The position numbers were made by a program, and so were the translations under genes. From the NCBI GenBank assembly GCA_051251855.1, contig JBPOGI010000001.1, positions 1,440,001 to 1,504,000 on the forward strand: 64,000 nucleotides of DNA. Reading direction: 5' to 3'. This document shows positions 49,362 to 59,259 of this stretch, piece by piece. Position 1 is the stretch's first letter. Every line of letters begins with the position of its first letter. Origin of the DNA: Roseibacillus sp. (GTDB lineage: Bacteria; Verrucomicrobiota; Verrucomicrobiia; Verrucomicrobiales; Akkermansiaceae). The notes under the pieces were generated by a model, which was not told where the DNA came from, made no database searches, and worked only from the letters and a program-made list of their open reading frames with translations.

Positions 49362-49528
49362 CGGCGGGTTGAGATACCTTCCCATGATAAAACACTGTCT
49401 GTGGACAAAAAACCTAACAATGGCGTTTTTCCACTCGGTCAATTCACGCACAAAAAATACGCAATCCAGCCACCTCAATCGACAATCCAAGCTGGTCTCA
49501 CCTCTCTGAGGAAGGCTTCATTGAGGAC

Positions 49529-51856
49529 ATGAAAGCCCACCTCCTTTTCACAGCTCTCCCACTCCTTCATTGTACGACGCTTTCCTTGCTAGCTGAAACA
49601 ATCGACTTCAGTGGTGATTGGAAATTCGAAAAAACGAAAGACGACGCCGATTGTTCCAATCCCGCTTTCGAAGACAGTCACTGGCAAGACGTGAGCCTTC
49701 CTCACACCGCCAATATTGAGCCCCTCGTGGTCAATGACCAATGGCAGGGCGTTTGTTGGTATCGCAAGTCTTTCGATGTTCCATCCGACAAAGCCGGAAA
49801 ACAAGTCTGGCTCGAATTCGAAGCCGCCATGAACGAATCGAGCTTTTGGCTCAATGGCGAAAAAGTTGCCGACCACTTGGGTGGCTACCTGCCCGTCGTC
49901 ATCGACATCAGCGACCAAGTCAAATTCGGCGAAAGCAACACCATCGCCGTTCGCCTCGACAACACCGACAACATCTACTCCGGCCCCAAGCCTCTCGAGC
50001 GTCTCGACTTCAACATGTATGGCGGCCTCTACCGGCACGCCCATCTCACTTACAAGGATCCCCTCCACATCACCCACCCCATTCTTGCCAACAAAGAAGC
50101 GAGCGGTGGCACCTTCCTCACTTTTCCGCAAGTCAGCGCCGAGCAGTCCCAAGTCAAAATCCAAACCCACCTCGCGAACAAGTCAAAGGACAATTCCTCC
50201 TTCCAAATTCGCCACCGCATTCTCTTCCAAGAGCAAGAAGCCGCCACGAGCAAAAAGGAAGACCTTGCTCTCGACTCCGGTCAAGATGCCGAATTTGAAG
50301 AAACCTTCACTCTCAATAATGCAGCCCTCTGGTCCCCGCAGTCTCCTAACCTCCATCACTTGGTCACCGAGGTCGTCGTCGATGGACAAGTTGTCGATAG
50401 CGAAACCACCCGCTTCGGCATTCGGCGCTTCGAGTTCCGCGAGGGCCACAAACTCTTCATCAACGGCGAGAAAACCTTCCTCCGCGGAGTCAATCGTCAT
50501 CAGGAATATCCCTTCGTTGGCTATGCCCTCTCGGACAACGCCCAGTATCGCGACGCCAAGAAAATCAAGGACGGCGGATTCGACTACGTTCGCCTTTCCC
50601 ACTACCCTCATTCGCCCGCCTTCATGGATGCCTGTGACGAGCTCGGCTTGATCACCATGAACGCCATCATGGGTTGGCAATACTTCCTCGAAGACGAACG
50701 CTTCCGCAACTACTGCTACCAGTCCACCCGCCATCTCATTCGTCGCGACCGCAATCGCGCTTCCGTTCTTTGCTGGGAGGCTTCCCTCAACGAGACCAAA
50801 GTTCCCGAGGACTTTCTGGAAGAACTCCATCGTCTCGTTCACGCCGAATTCCCCGGCGACTACGTCTACTCCGCCTCGTGGGACAACCATTGCCACGACA
50901 TTTTCCTGCAAGCACGCCAGCACCGTATTCTCCACAACTTCGAAGTAGACCTCTCCAAACCTTACTCCGTTTCCGAGTATGGCGACTGGGAATACTTTTC
51001 TAACAACGCAGGCTTTCATCAGGACAAAATGAGCAAATCCGAGCGCGCCGCCCTGAGCAGTCGCCAGCTCCGAAGCGCTGGCGAGAAGAAGCTCCACCTC
51101 CAAACCCACAACGTGCAGGAGTCCCACAACGACAACCTCACCACCTACGCCTTCTCCGATAGCTACTGGGTGATGTATGACTACAATCGCGGCTACTACG
51201 ACGACCTCGAAGCCTCCGGCCTGAGCGACATCTACCGTCTTCCTAAATTTGGCTACGACTTCTATCGCAGCCAGCGATCACCCGAGGAAGGGGTCATGGT
51301 CGATATTGCTAGTTTCTGGACCGAACAATCTCCCTTCGACGTCAAAGTCTACTCCAACTGCGACGAGGTCGAACTGGTAATCAACGACAAAACTGTGGCC
51401 CGCCAAAAGCCCGACACCGACGAAGATTGCACCAAACTTAATCACCCGCCCTTCACCTTTCTTTTCGAGGAATTCGAACCCGGCACCCTCACCGCGATTG
51501 CCTTCCGCGACGGAAAAGAAGTGGCCCGTGACAGCGTCACCACCCCGGGAAAAGCCACTCGTCTGGTCGCGTGGTTGGATGAAAGCGGCCGTCCTCCGCA
51601 GGCCGGAGTCAACGACGTGCTCTTCCTCCACCTTGCCGCCGTCGACGACCAAGCGGTCATCGTGCCCACTTTCACCAGCGAAATCGACCTCCAACTCGAA
51701 GGCGACGCCGAAGTCCTCAACGTGGGCCCCATCGTCGCCGAAGCAGGTGTCGCCACCGCCCTCCTGCGTATCGGCAGCGAACCGGGAGAAGTCCGTTTCA
51801 AGGCCAGCAGCAAAGAACTCACCATCATCGAATCCAATTTTCAAACCGGCAAGTAG
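49529..51856 (+). CDS. Glycoside hydrolase family 2 (beta-galactosidase-like), secreted
   Basis: WYRKSF, YGGLYR, LRGVNRHQ, VRLSHYP, RDRNRASVLCWEASLNE, VSEYG. Confidence 0.93.
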   Translation: MKAHLLFTALPLLHCTTLSLLAETIDFSGDWKFEKTKDDADCSNPAFEDSHWQDVSLPHTANIEPLVVNDQWQGVCWYRKSFDVPSDKAGKQVWLEFEAAMNESSFWLNGEKVADHLGGYLPVVIDISDQVKFGESNTIAVRLDNTDNIYSGPKPLERLDFNMYGGLYRHAHLTYKDPLHITHPILANKEASGGTFLTFPQVSAEQSQVKIQTHLANKSKDNSSFQIRHRILFQEQEAATSKKEDLALDSGQDAEFEETFTLNNAALWSPQSPNLHHLVTEVVVDGQVVDSETTRFGIRRFEFREGHKLFINGEKTFLRGVNRHQEYPFVGYALSDNAQYRDAKKIKDGGFDYVRLSHYPHSPAFMDACDELGLITMNAIMGWQYFLEDERFRNYCYQSTRHLIRRDRNRASVLCWEASLNETKVPEDFLEELHRLVHAEFPGDYVYSASWDNHCHDIFLQARQHRILHNFEVDLSKPYSVSEYGDWEYFSNNAGFHQDKMSKSERAALSSRQLRSAGEKKLHLQTHNVQESHNDNLTTYAFSDSYWVMYDYNRGYYDDLEASGLSDIYRLPKFGYDFYRSQRSPEEGVMVDIASFWTEQSPFDVKVYSNCDEVELVINDKTVARQKPDTDEDCTKLNHPPFTFLFEEFEPGTLTAIAFRDGKEVARDSVTTPGKATRLVAWLDESGRPPQAGVNDVLFLHLAAVDDQAVIVPTFTSEIDLQLEGDAEVLNVGPIVAEAGVATALLRIGSEPGEVRFKASSKELTIIESNFQTGK

Positions 51857-51865
51857 TCCTCAGTT

Positions 51866-53353
51866 ATGATTTTTCCAAAACTCCTCGCCACTCTCGTTCT
51901 CGTTGGCCAACTCGCCGCCAAACCCAACATCGTCTTCATCCTCGTAGACGATCTCGGTCACGCCGACGTGGGCTTCAACGGCTCCACCTACTACGAGACC
52001 CCTCACATCGATGCCTTGGCCAAAGAAGGCCTCATCGTAGACAACGCCTACATGTATCCCACTTGTTCGCCCTCGCGAACTTGTCTCGCCACCGGGAAGC
52101 AGTCCTTCCGCACCGGCGTCTACACCGTTCCGGTTTTGGAAAAGGGAGACGCCCAAGAGAACATCTTCTCCCGCTGGACGGTCGGCGAAGAACACCTCAT
52201 GTATTCCCAGCCCCTCGCGGAAGCAGGCTACAAGTCCATCCACATCGGCAAGTGGCATCTCGTGGGGCCCTATCCCAAGGAAGAATTGGCGATGGAGCAT
52301 CCCTTCCAAGAAAAGCTGACCCAACCCGATCCTTGGGACTTTAGCTGGGTACCTTACCACAAAGAGCATTGCGTGAAGTACTACCCCGAAGGCCGCGGCT
52401 ACCTCAAGAACGTGGCTGGAACCTATCGCGGCGACCCCGCTCTCGAAGTCGATGGCTACCACAACCCCACCGGCGGCTACTTCGCCCCCTTCAGCAATCC
52501 CTTCCTCGAACAAAAACCCGACGACGAGTGGCTCACCGATCGCCTCACTGACGACGCCATTGCCTTCATGGATGAACACAAGACAGGCCCCTTCTTCATC
52601 AATCTACACTACTACACCGTCCATCGCCCCGTGCGCGGACGGGATAAGGAACTCGTCGAAAAATATCTCAACAAACCCGGAGACCCCATCACCGGGCAAG
52701 GATTAACGAAAGGAAAGCGCGGACAAATCGAAGCAGAATACGCCACCATGATCGAGTCCCTCGATGACAACGTGGGACGCTTGGTCGCCTTCCTCGACGA
52801 GAACAACCTTCGCGAAGAGACCCTCATTATTTTCACTTCCGACAACGGACAAAACATCGGACCCAATAAAAAGCTCCGCGGAAAGAAAGGGCACATCTAC
52901 GAAGCCGGCATTCGCGTTCCTACCTGCTTCAACTGGCCCGGAAAAATCGCACCCCGTCACACCGAGACCGCGATCACCTGTCTCGACTTCTTTCCGACCT
53001 TCATGGATTTGGCCAAAATCGACTACGACGGCACTCTTGACGGACACTCGCTGAGAGAACTCTTCAACAAGGATCCCAAGCCCCTGCAAGAACGACCTCT
53101 CTTCTGGCACGTCGCCAGTCGCAACGTCCACGGACCGTGCTCCGTCATTCGCAAGGACAACCACAAACTCATCCAATACCTCATGGACGGAAAACTAGAG
53201 CTCTACGACCTCGTCAACGACGAAGCCGAGAAGAACAACCTTGCAGAGAAGAACCCAGAACTCGCGCAGTCCCTTCTGAACGAGCTGGAAGCCTGGAGAA
53301 AAGAGCACCAAGCTCCGCTTCCCCCCGGCTCCAAGTTGAACGAACTCGAATAG
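51866..53353 (+). CDS. S1 sulfatase, secreted
   Basis: KPNIVFILVDDLG, CSPSR, GKWHL, SDNG. Confidence 0.94.
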   Translation: MIFPKLLATLVLVGQLAAKPNIVFILVDDLGHADVGFNGSTYYETPHIDALAKEGLIVDNAYMYPTCSPSRTCLATGKQSFRTGVYTVPVLEKGDAQENIFSRWTVGEEHLMYSQPLAEAGYKSIHIGKWHLVGPYPKEELAMEHPFQEKLTQPDPWDFSWVPYHKEHCVKYYPEGRGYLKNVAGTYRGDPALEVDGYHNPTGGYFAPFSNPFLEQKPDDEWLTDRLTDDAIAFMDEHKTGPFFINLHYYTVHRPVRGRDKELVEKYLNKPGDPITGQGLTKGKRGQIEAEYATMIESLDDNVGRLVAFLDENNLREETLIIFTSDNGQNIGPNKKLRGKKGHIYEAGIRVPTCFNWPGKIAPRHTETAITCLDFFPTFMDLAKIDYDGTLDGHSLRELFNKDPKPLQERPLFWHVASRNVHGPCSVIRKDNHKLIQYLMDGKLELYDLVNDEAEKNNLAEKNPELAQSLLNELEAWRKEHQAPLPPGSKLNELE

Positions 53354-53525
53354 CTGTAACTCACGAACTTCCACGCCAATATCGACTCAGCGATTCCCTC
53401 TGCCTCCCCCTCGGAGGCTCGCAACATCTTCCTGATCAGCTTGCAGCAAGCGGACTCGGACCATCCCAATCGCGTATATTCCATGCGTAAATGGGTATTT
53501 CATCCTTCCACTCAATGGATTAGGG

Positions 53526-56500
53526 TTGAAACCCTTGAAAAACCCGTTTCCGGTTCCTCGCATTTGTTTTGGCCCCAGCCTGCTGACAATTTGTTGCTTC
53601 TCGCTCGCCGTTTCCCGCGCCGAGATCGTCAACTTTACGACTGTTGAGGGCTATGCCGACGGGAGCTTGAACGCCAACTCCAACTGGGACGCTTCCGACG
53701 CCTCCCAATCAACGGTCAATACCAGTGGCACGGGCACAGCCTCGGTCGCAGCCTATCGCGATGCCATTTTCTTACCTGCTCTCCCTATCGCTACAGGAGA
53801 CGTCTTCACCACTGCTATCGACTTCACCTTCACCGGTTCTACCGTTACCGATTACGGGGTTGCCAAGTTCAAGCCCTTCCTCGATGCCAGCTTCTATGCC
53901 TCGGATGCGAGTGGGGAACTGCTGAAGATCGGCTTTGCCCGCAGCGATCAAACCTATGCTCTCAACCTCCAGGCAAATTGGAGAAACGACATCGTTCCTC
54001 CTTTCACGACCGGAAACGCAGTGGTAGGCGGCATCTCCGCACCCAGCGTAGGAATCAATCGCGATGGTGATTTGGAAAGCGACCTCCTCCGACTCACCCT
54101 CGATCTCATTCGGGGCACCAGCGACACGGACTGGTCGTTGACTGCTACTCTCTCCAATCTCGCCAGTGGGAGCCCCATTCAAATCAGCCAACTAGTCGTC
54201 AGCGGCCTCACCTTTCCAACCACGGGAACCCTCGCCGCTGGTTTCGGAGGCGGCCAGAGCGATAACAACGCCAAGGTGAGCAACCGCCTCATTCATCGCT
54301 TTCAGTTTGAAAGAGAGTCCAACACTCCCCCTCCTCCTCCAGTTGATCCACCGCCTACCGGACCGGCGCCAGCGGACTTGAACCAAAACGGTATTCCAGA
54401 TCTTGCGGAACTCACCATTCCTCTCATTGCCCAGTATCCGCCTGCCGGGGACACCGACGGAGACGGGCAATCCAATGCCGATGAACTGGTGGCAGGGACC
54501 GACCCCTTTGATGCCGAATCCACTTTCGGCGAAGTCGCCTTAGCCTACCTGACAGGCACCCCCGACCAAGTGGACTTCACCTTCGCTACGGTGCCGGGAG
54601 TCCGCTACACCATCGAAATTTCCGAAACCCTGGCCGCGAATAGTTGGACCACTCTCACCCCCGAGGTGACTGCCTCCGAACAGGAAACCACCCTCTCCTA
54701 CGATCCGGCCACGCTGCCTATCACGGAAGCTCGTTGCTTTTTCAGGGCTGGGATTCTTCCATCACTCGACAGTGATTCCGATGGTCTCGAAGACGCCCTC
54801 GAACTGTATCTCGGTTTCGGAATCAATAGCGCCGCCAGTGTCCGCGCCGCCAGCGAAGGTGGAGACTATGCGCAACTCTATCAGCTGCTGCACGGGGCCA
54901 ATCCCAACGGTGGATTGATGAATGAAACCACCCCCGGAATTCCTTCGGAGGAGCAAGCCGCGCGCTTTCTCAACCAAGCCACCTTCGGAGCCACCCCTGA
55001 AAAAATCGACGCTCTTCGCCTTTTGGGAAACAATGCCTACGAGTTCTGGATTGACCAACAGTTGGCCCTCCCCGCGAATAGCTTCGCCAGCCCCTACCTC
55101 GACCTCACCAGTGCCCGCCGCCTAACAGACTACAATACCAACGACTGGGACCAGTTTGCACACAAAGTCGACTTTCAGAGCTATTGGGCCGACTACCTGG
55201 AAAATCTCCAAACCGTTTGGATGCGGCTGGCGCTCTTTGCCCCCGACGAACTTCGCCAACGGGTGGCTTGGGGACTGAGCCAAATCTTCGTAGCCGGCCC
55301 CGATTCCTTCTCCCATGCCAGAGGGCAGGCCGAGTGGTACGACACTTGTATCCGCAATGCCACCGGCAATTACCGTACCCTGCTTTTCGAGATCGCAGTC
55401 AATCCCTGGATGGGAATTTACCTCTCTCACGAAGGGAACGAGAAGGCGGACCCAAGCCTCAATCAGCTACCAGACGAGAACTTTGCCCGCGAAATCATGC
55501 AACTGTTCTCCATCGGTCTCTGGGAGCTGAACAACGACGGCACCCGCAGGCTCGACTTCAATAGCAAACCGATTCCGAGCTACACCAACGACGACATTAC
55601 CCAAGTGGCTCGGGTTTTCACGGGCTTGAAGCGTAATTTTTCAGAATTCGGAGGCAATTCGCAGGACATTTTTTCCACCGCGCCCATGCTGATGAAAGAC
55701 AATCTCCACGACAAGGGAGATACGGTTATGGTTGGAGTCTACGGGGTAGCGGAGAAGACCTTTTTACAGAGTCCCTTCTACACTCCCGCCTCGTTACCCG
55801 CTTTTGAGAATGACCCCGGACGCACGGGCATGGATGACGTCAATGACACCATCGATATTCTTTTCAACCATCCCAACACTCCCCCTTTCATCTCCAAACG
55901 ACTCATTCAACATCTGGTAACCTCCAATCCATCGCCTGATTACGTGGAACGGGTTGCGAATGTCTTTATCGACGACGGCACTGGGACGCGCGGAAATTTG
56001 GCTGCTGTTGTGAAAGGCATCTTCCTGGATGATGAGGCCCGTGGTGCTTCCGCCATGCTTGCCAGCAATAGTGGTCGCCTCAAAGCGCCCATGCTCCGGC
56101 TAACCAACCTGTGCCGTATATTTGAGGTCGGAATTGCTACTCCCTCCATAGACGACCTTTCTGGAATCCAAGCTTGGAACCCTTCCATGAGCGCGCTTCA
56201 GGAAGACTTCAAACAGGCTCCCCACCAATATCCCTCCGTCTTCAACTTTTATGAACCTGGCTACAGCCGACCCGGAGAAATCTCCGACAGTGAATTGGTG
56301 AGTCCGGAATTCCAGATTTTGGATTCCGCCTCCTCAATTACGCTTCCGAACCGAATCTGGCAATTTTTCTCCAACGGTCATCTGCACACCCCTCATCCCG
56401 ATGCCGCGGCCACCACTCCCAACACCGACTTTCAATTCTCGGTGCTCAGTACTTTCGCCGATGATACCGACGCCTTGTTAGACAAGCTCAACACCCTCCT

Positions 56501-56651
56501 TTGCCAAGGTCAAATGAAGGCTCTTTCCCGTAGTCAAATCGCGAGTGCCGTTGATGGAGCTTACCCCGCTAGTGCGGCAAACCGGGTGGATCGAATCAAG
56601 CTCGCAACCTACCTGGTCACTATCAGCCACGATGGCGCCGTCCTCAAATAA
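53526..56651 (+). CDS. DUF1800 family protein with N-terminal beta-domain and DxDGDG module
   Basis: AARFLNQATFG, LRQRVAWGLSQIFV, PDENFAREIMQLFSIGL, HPNTPPFISKRLIQHLVTSNPS, PSVFNFY. Confidence 0.9.
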   Translation: MKPLKNPFPVPRICFGPSLLTICCFSLAVSRAEIVNFTTVEGYADGSLNANSNWDASDASQSTVNTSGTGTASVAAYRDAIFLPALPIATGDVFTTAIDFTFTGSTVTDYGVAKFKPFLDASFYASDASGELLKIGFARSDQTYALNLQANWRNDIVPPFTTGNAVVGGISAPSVGINRDGDLESDLLRLTLDLIRGTSDTDWSLTATLSNLASGSPIQISQLVVSGLTFPTTGTLAAGFGGGQSDNNAKVSNRLIHRFQFERESNTPPPPPVDPPPTGPAPADLNQNGIPDLAELTIPLIAQYPPAGDTDGDGQSNADELVAGTDPFDAESTFGEVALAYLTGTPDQVDFTFATVPGVRYTIEISETLAANSWTTLTPEVTASEQETTLSYDPATLPITEARCFFRAGILPSLDSDSDGLEDALELYLGFGINSAASVRAASEGGDYAQLYQLLHGANPNGGLMNETTPGIPSEEQAARFLNQATFGATPEKIDALRLLGNNAYEFWIDQQLALPANSFASPYLDLTSARRLTDYNTNDWDQFAHKVDFQSYWADYLENLQTVWMRLALFAPDELRQRVAWGLSQIFVAGPDSFSHARGQAEWYDTCIRNATGNYRTLLFEIAVNPWMGIYLSHEGNEKADPSLNQLPDENFAREIMQLFSIGLWELNNDGTRRLDFNSKPIPSYTNDDITQVARVFTGLKRNFSEFGGNSQDIFSTAPMLMKDNLHDKGDTVMVGVYGVAEKTFLQSPFYTPASLPAFENDPGRTGMDDVNDTIDILFNHPNTPPFISKRLIQHLVTSNPSPDYVERVANVFIDDGTGTRGNLAAVVKGIFLDDEARGASAMLASNSGRLKAPMLRLTNLCRIFEVGIATPSIDDLSGIQAWNPSMSALQEDFKQAPHQYPSVFNFYEPGYSRPGEISDSELVSPEFQILDSASSITLPNRIWQFFSNGHLHTPHPDAAATTPNTDFQFSVLSTFADDTDALLDKLNTLLCQGQMKALSRSQIASAVDGAYPASAANRVDRIKLATYLVTISHDGAVLK

Positions 56652-56666
56652 ACTCTACTTCCCGCA

Positions 56667-58070
56667 ATGAAACGCCGCCAATTTCTCGGACACGCCAACT
56701 GTGCCGCCTTGGGTTCCCTCGGAACGATTAACACCTTGCTCAACCTTCGGCTCATCAACAATGCCATTGCAGCTCCAGCTGACCCGAACGACTACAAAGC
56801 CCTGGTGGTGATCATCCTCGGGGGAGGCAACGATGCCTTTAATATGCTGGTCCCTACCGAGACTTCCGAATACGCCAACTATGCGGCCATCCGCAGCAAT
56901 CTCGCCTTACCTTCGCCGGACCCGATGAACCCGGACGCGCTGCTCCCTCTCAACGTCAGCAACACCCCTGGACGCACCTTTGGCCTCCATAGCGCGATGC
57001 CGAACCTGCAAAGTCGATTCAACGAAGGCAACGCTGCTTTCCTGGCCAACGTGGGAGCCTTGGTGGAACCGACCACGGTTTCGCAATTTAATAACAAGTC
57101 GGTAGACCTACCTCGCTCACTCTTCTCCCATAATGACCAGCAAGACATCTGGGCCAGCACGAGCCCCTTGGAGACAACCAAGACTGGGTGGGCGGGGCGC
57201 CTGGCGGACAACATCATGTCCTGCAATCCGTCCAACAATGTCTCGATGAACATTTCCCTCGATGGAAACAACTTCGCGCTCGTGGGCGACACCTCTTTCT
57301 CCTACGCAATCACACCCGATGGCGCACCGGTGCTCAATGGCACCTCAGGCAACGCGATCGAACTGGCTCGTGGCGACACCGCCAAGTCGCTCGCCGAACA
57401 GCAGCAACGTGAACTCCTACGCAGAGCCTTCAACAACGAGAACAAGCGCGCTTTTGATATTTCCGAACTGTTCAACGATGCCGTCTCCGGGGCTTCGCTG
57501 GGGACCAACTTTGGTAATGCCGACATTGAAGAAAAGCTCGAAGCGGTGGCCAAGACTATCGCCTCCCGCTCAGCGCTTGGCCACAATCGCCAGATTTTTG
57601 CCGTTCCGACGGGAGGCTTCGACAACCACCCCGAACTCCTGAACAAGCAACGCACTCTTCTTGGTCGACTCGACAACGGACTCGATTCCTTTTGGAGCGC
57701 TCTCACCAATCTTGGTCTCACTAACGACGTCACCGTGATTACGGTCTCCGAGTTTGGGCGCACTTTGCGTTCCAATGGACAAGGGACCGATCATGCTTGG
57801 GGTAGCCATGCTCTCATGATGGGTGGGGCGGTAGATGGAGGGAAAATCTTTGGATCCTATCCAGACGACTCCGACTTGACGCTCGGTTCAGGCTTGGATG
57901 TGGGAAGCGGCAACGGCCGTATTTTGCCCACAACGTCTGTGGAAGAGTATTACGCCGAAGCCGCGCTCTGGATGGGCTTGCCATCGGGTCAGTTGGACGA
58001 AGTGCTTCCCAACCTTGACCGATTCTACAGCTATTCGGCGGCCAACCCGCCATTGGGATACTTACTCTGA
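56667..58070 (+). CDS. DUF1501 family protein (DUF1800 partner type, Tat signal)
   Basis: MKRRQFL, DYKALV..LGGGNDAFN, LFSHNDQQ, GGFDNH, SEFGRTL, GTDHAWG. Confidence 0.92.
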   Translation: MKRRQFLGHANCAALGSLGTINTLLNLRLINNAIAAPADPNDYKALVVIILGGGNDAFNMLVPTETSEYANYAAIRSNLALPSPDPMNPDALLPLNVSNTPGRTFGLHSAMPNLQSRFNEGNAAFLANVGALVEPTTVSQFNNKSVDLPRSLFSHNDQQDIWASTSPLETTKTGWAGRLADNIMSCNPSNNVSMNISLDGNNFALVGDTSFSYAITPDGAPVLNGTSGNAIELARGDTAKSLAEQQQRELLRRAFNNENKRAFDISELFNDAVSGASLGTNFGNADIEEKLEAVAKTIASRSALGHNRQIFAVPTGGFDNHPELLNKQRTLLGRLDNGLDSFWSALTNLGLTNDVTVITVSEFGRTLRSNGQGTDHAWGSHALMMGGAVDGGKIFGSYPDDSDLTLGSGLDVGSGNGRILPTTSVEEYYAEAALWMGLPSGQLDEVLPNLDRFYSYSAANPPLGYLL

Positions 58071-58077
58071 GTTTTTC

Positions 58078-58581
58078 ATGAAGAAGCTGCCTCTCATTCT
58101 TTTCTCAGCCGCTGGCGTGTTTTTTGCAATCACCCTCTTTCTTTGGAAAAAGGAGAAACCGTCACCTCCGCCGAATGACCTTCAGGCAGAAGAGAACTCG
58201 TCACTTCCTGAAGAAGTCGAAGAGACCAACCCCCAAATCTCCGGCTTCCTACGAAACTACGGTTCCCCCGACCTCCCTCCAGAAAACGACCTCTTGCTGT
58301 TAGGCGACTTGCTGGACCTGTTCCGCACCACTCTGAAGCAGGCAGACAGCCTCCCCACCAGCGGCAACAGGGAAATCGTGAAGGCTCTGCAGGGAAGCAA
58401 CGCCCATCGCGAAGTGTTCCTTCCCTCCGGTTTCACTTTTCTCGACAAACAGGGCCGGCTTCTTGATCGTTGGCAGACTCCACTCTACTTTCACTTCGTC
58501 TCCGCGAGGTCTCCCGAGATTCGTTCTGCGGGTCCGGACCTTCTCCTTTGGACCGAAGACGATCTTTCCAAACTCCCATGA
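58078..58581 (+). CDS. Membrane-anchored protein with a GspG/pseudopilin C-terminal-like motif
   Basis: N-terminal TM helix; LLDRWQTPLYF...IRSAGPD..LWTEDDL. Confidence 0.65.
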   Translation: MKKLPLILFSAAGVFFAITLFLWKKEKPSPPPNDLQAEENSSLPEEVEETNPQISGFLRNYGSPDLPPENDLLLLGDLLDLFRTTLKQADSLPTSGNREIVKALQGSNAHREVFLPSGFTFLDKQGRLLDRWQTPLYFHFVSARSPEIRSAGPDLLLWTEDDLSKLP

Positions 58582-59153
58582 CCAAACTCGTCCTAGCCAC
58601 TTCGCTCGCCCTCAGCACATTCGTACTCGGAGTCTCCCTCTATGACGAAACCATCGATGGCGATTTCTCCAACGACTACCTCAACCCCACTTCCCTGAAC
58701 CTGAAAACCGGCTCCAACCAGATTTCCGGCTCCCTGTTCGGAGCCAGCATAGATGTCGATCTCTTCACTTTTCGGCTGGGACCTGGAGAAGCCCTGAGTG
58801 CCATTCGGGTGCTGGAATTCTCGACCTTTGGAATAGGAGGAAGCTTTTTGGGAATGCAAAGCGGTACCCAGCTCTCAGCCAATCCGGCTCTGGGAAACGC
58901 CTTTCCAGACGCGGTAGGAGGACGAGTCTTCACTGCCGCTGATGCGGCCGTCGACCGAGATATTCTCCCATTCGTGGTCATGTTTCCTCCTTTCAACTCT
59001 GTTAATCCTCTCCCTGAGGGAGACTACGTGGTTTGGCTCAATGAGACCGGACAGCCCACTCAATACACCCTCGATTTCGTCGTTGTTCCGGAACCGTCGT
59101 CCCTAGTTCCTCTTGGCCTCAGCGTTTTTTTGTTTCGCCGATGGCGCAAATGA
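58578..59153 (+). CDS. PEP-CTERM sorting domain protein
   Basis: ATG 58578 with signal peptide; C-terminal VPEPSSLVPLGLSVFLFRRWRK. Confidence 0.88.
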   Translation: MTKLVLATSLALSTFVLGVSLYDETIDGDFSNDYLNPTSLNLKTGSNQISGSLFGASIDVDLFTFRLGPGEALSAIRVLEFSTFGIGGSFLGMQSGTQLSANPALGNAFPDAVGGRVFTAADAAVDRDILPFVVMFPPFNSVNPLPEGDYVVWLNETGQPTQYTLDFVVVPEPSSLVPLGLSVFLFRRWRK

Positions 59154-59259
59154 GAGGAACAAACGCTCATTTTGGTCAAATCGCGTATATCAGAAACGCA
59201 ATTGCCCCTATCTCTCGCCCCCTTTTTCGCAAAATCTTACGGGGTAAATCAAAAAAACC

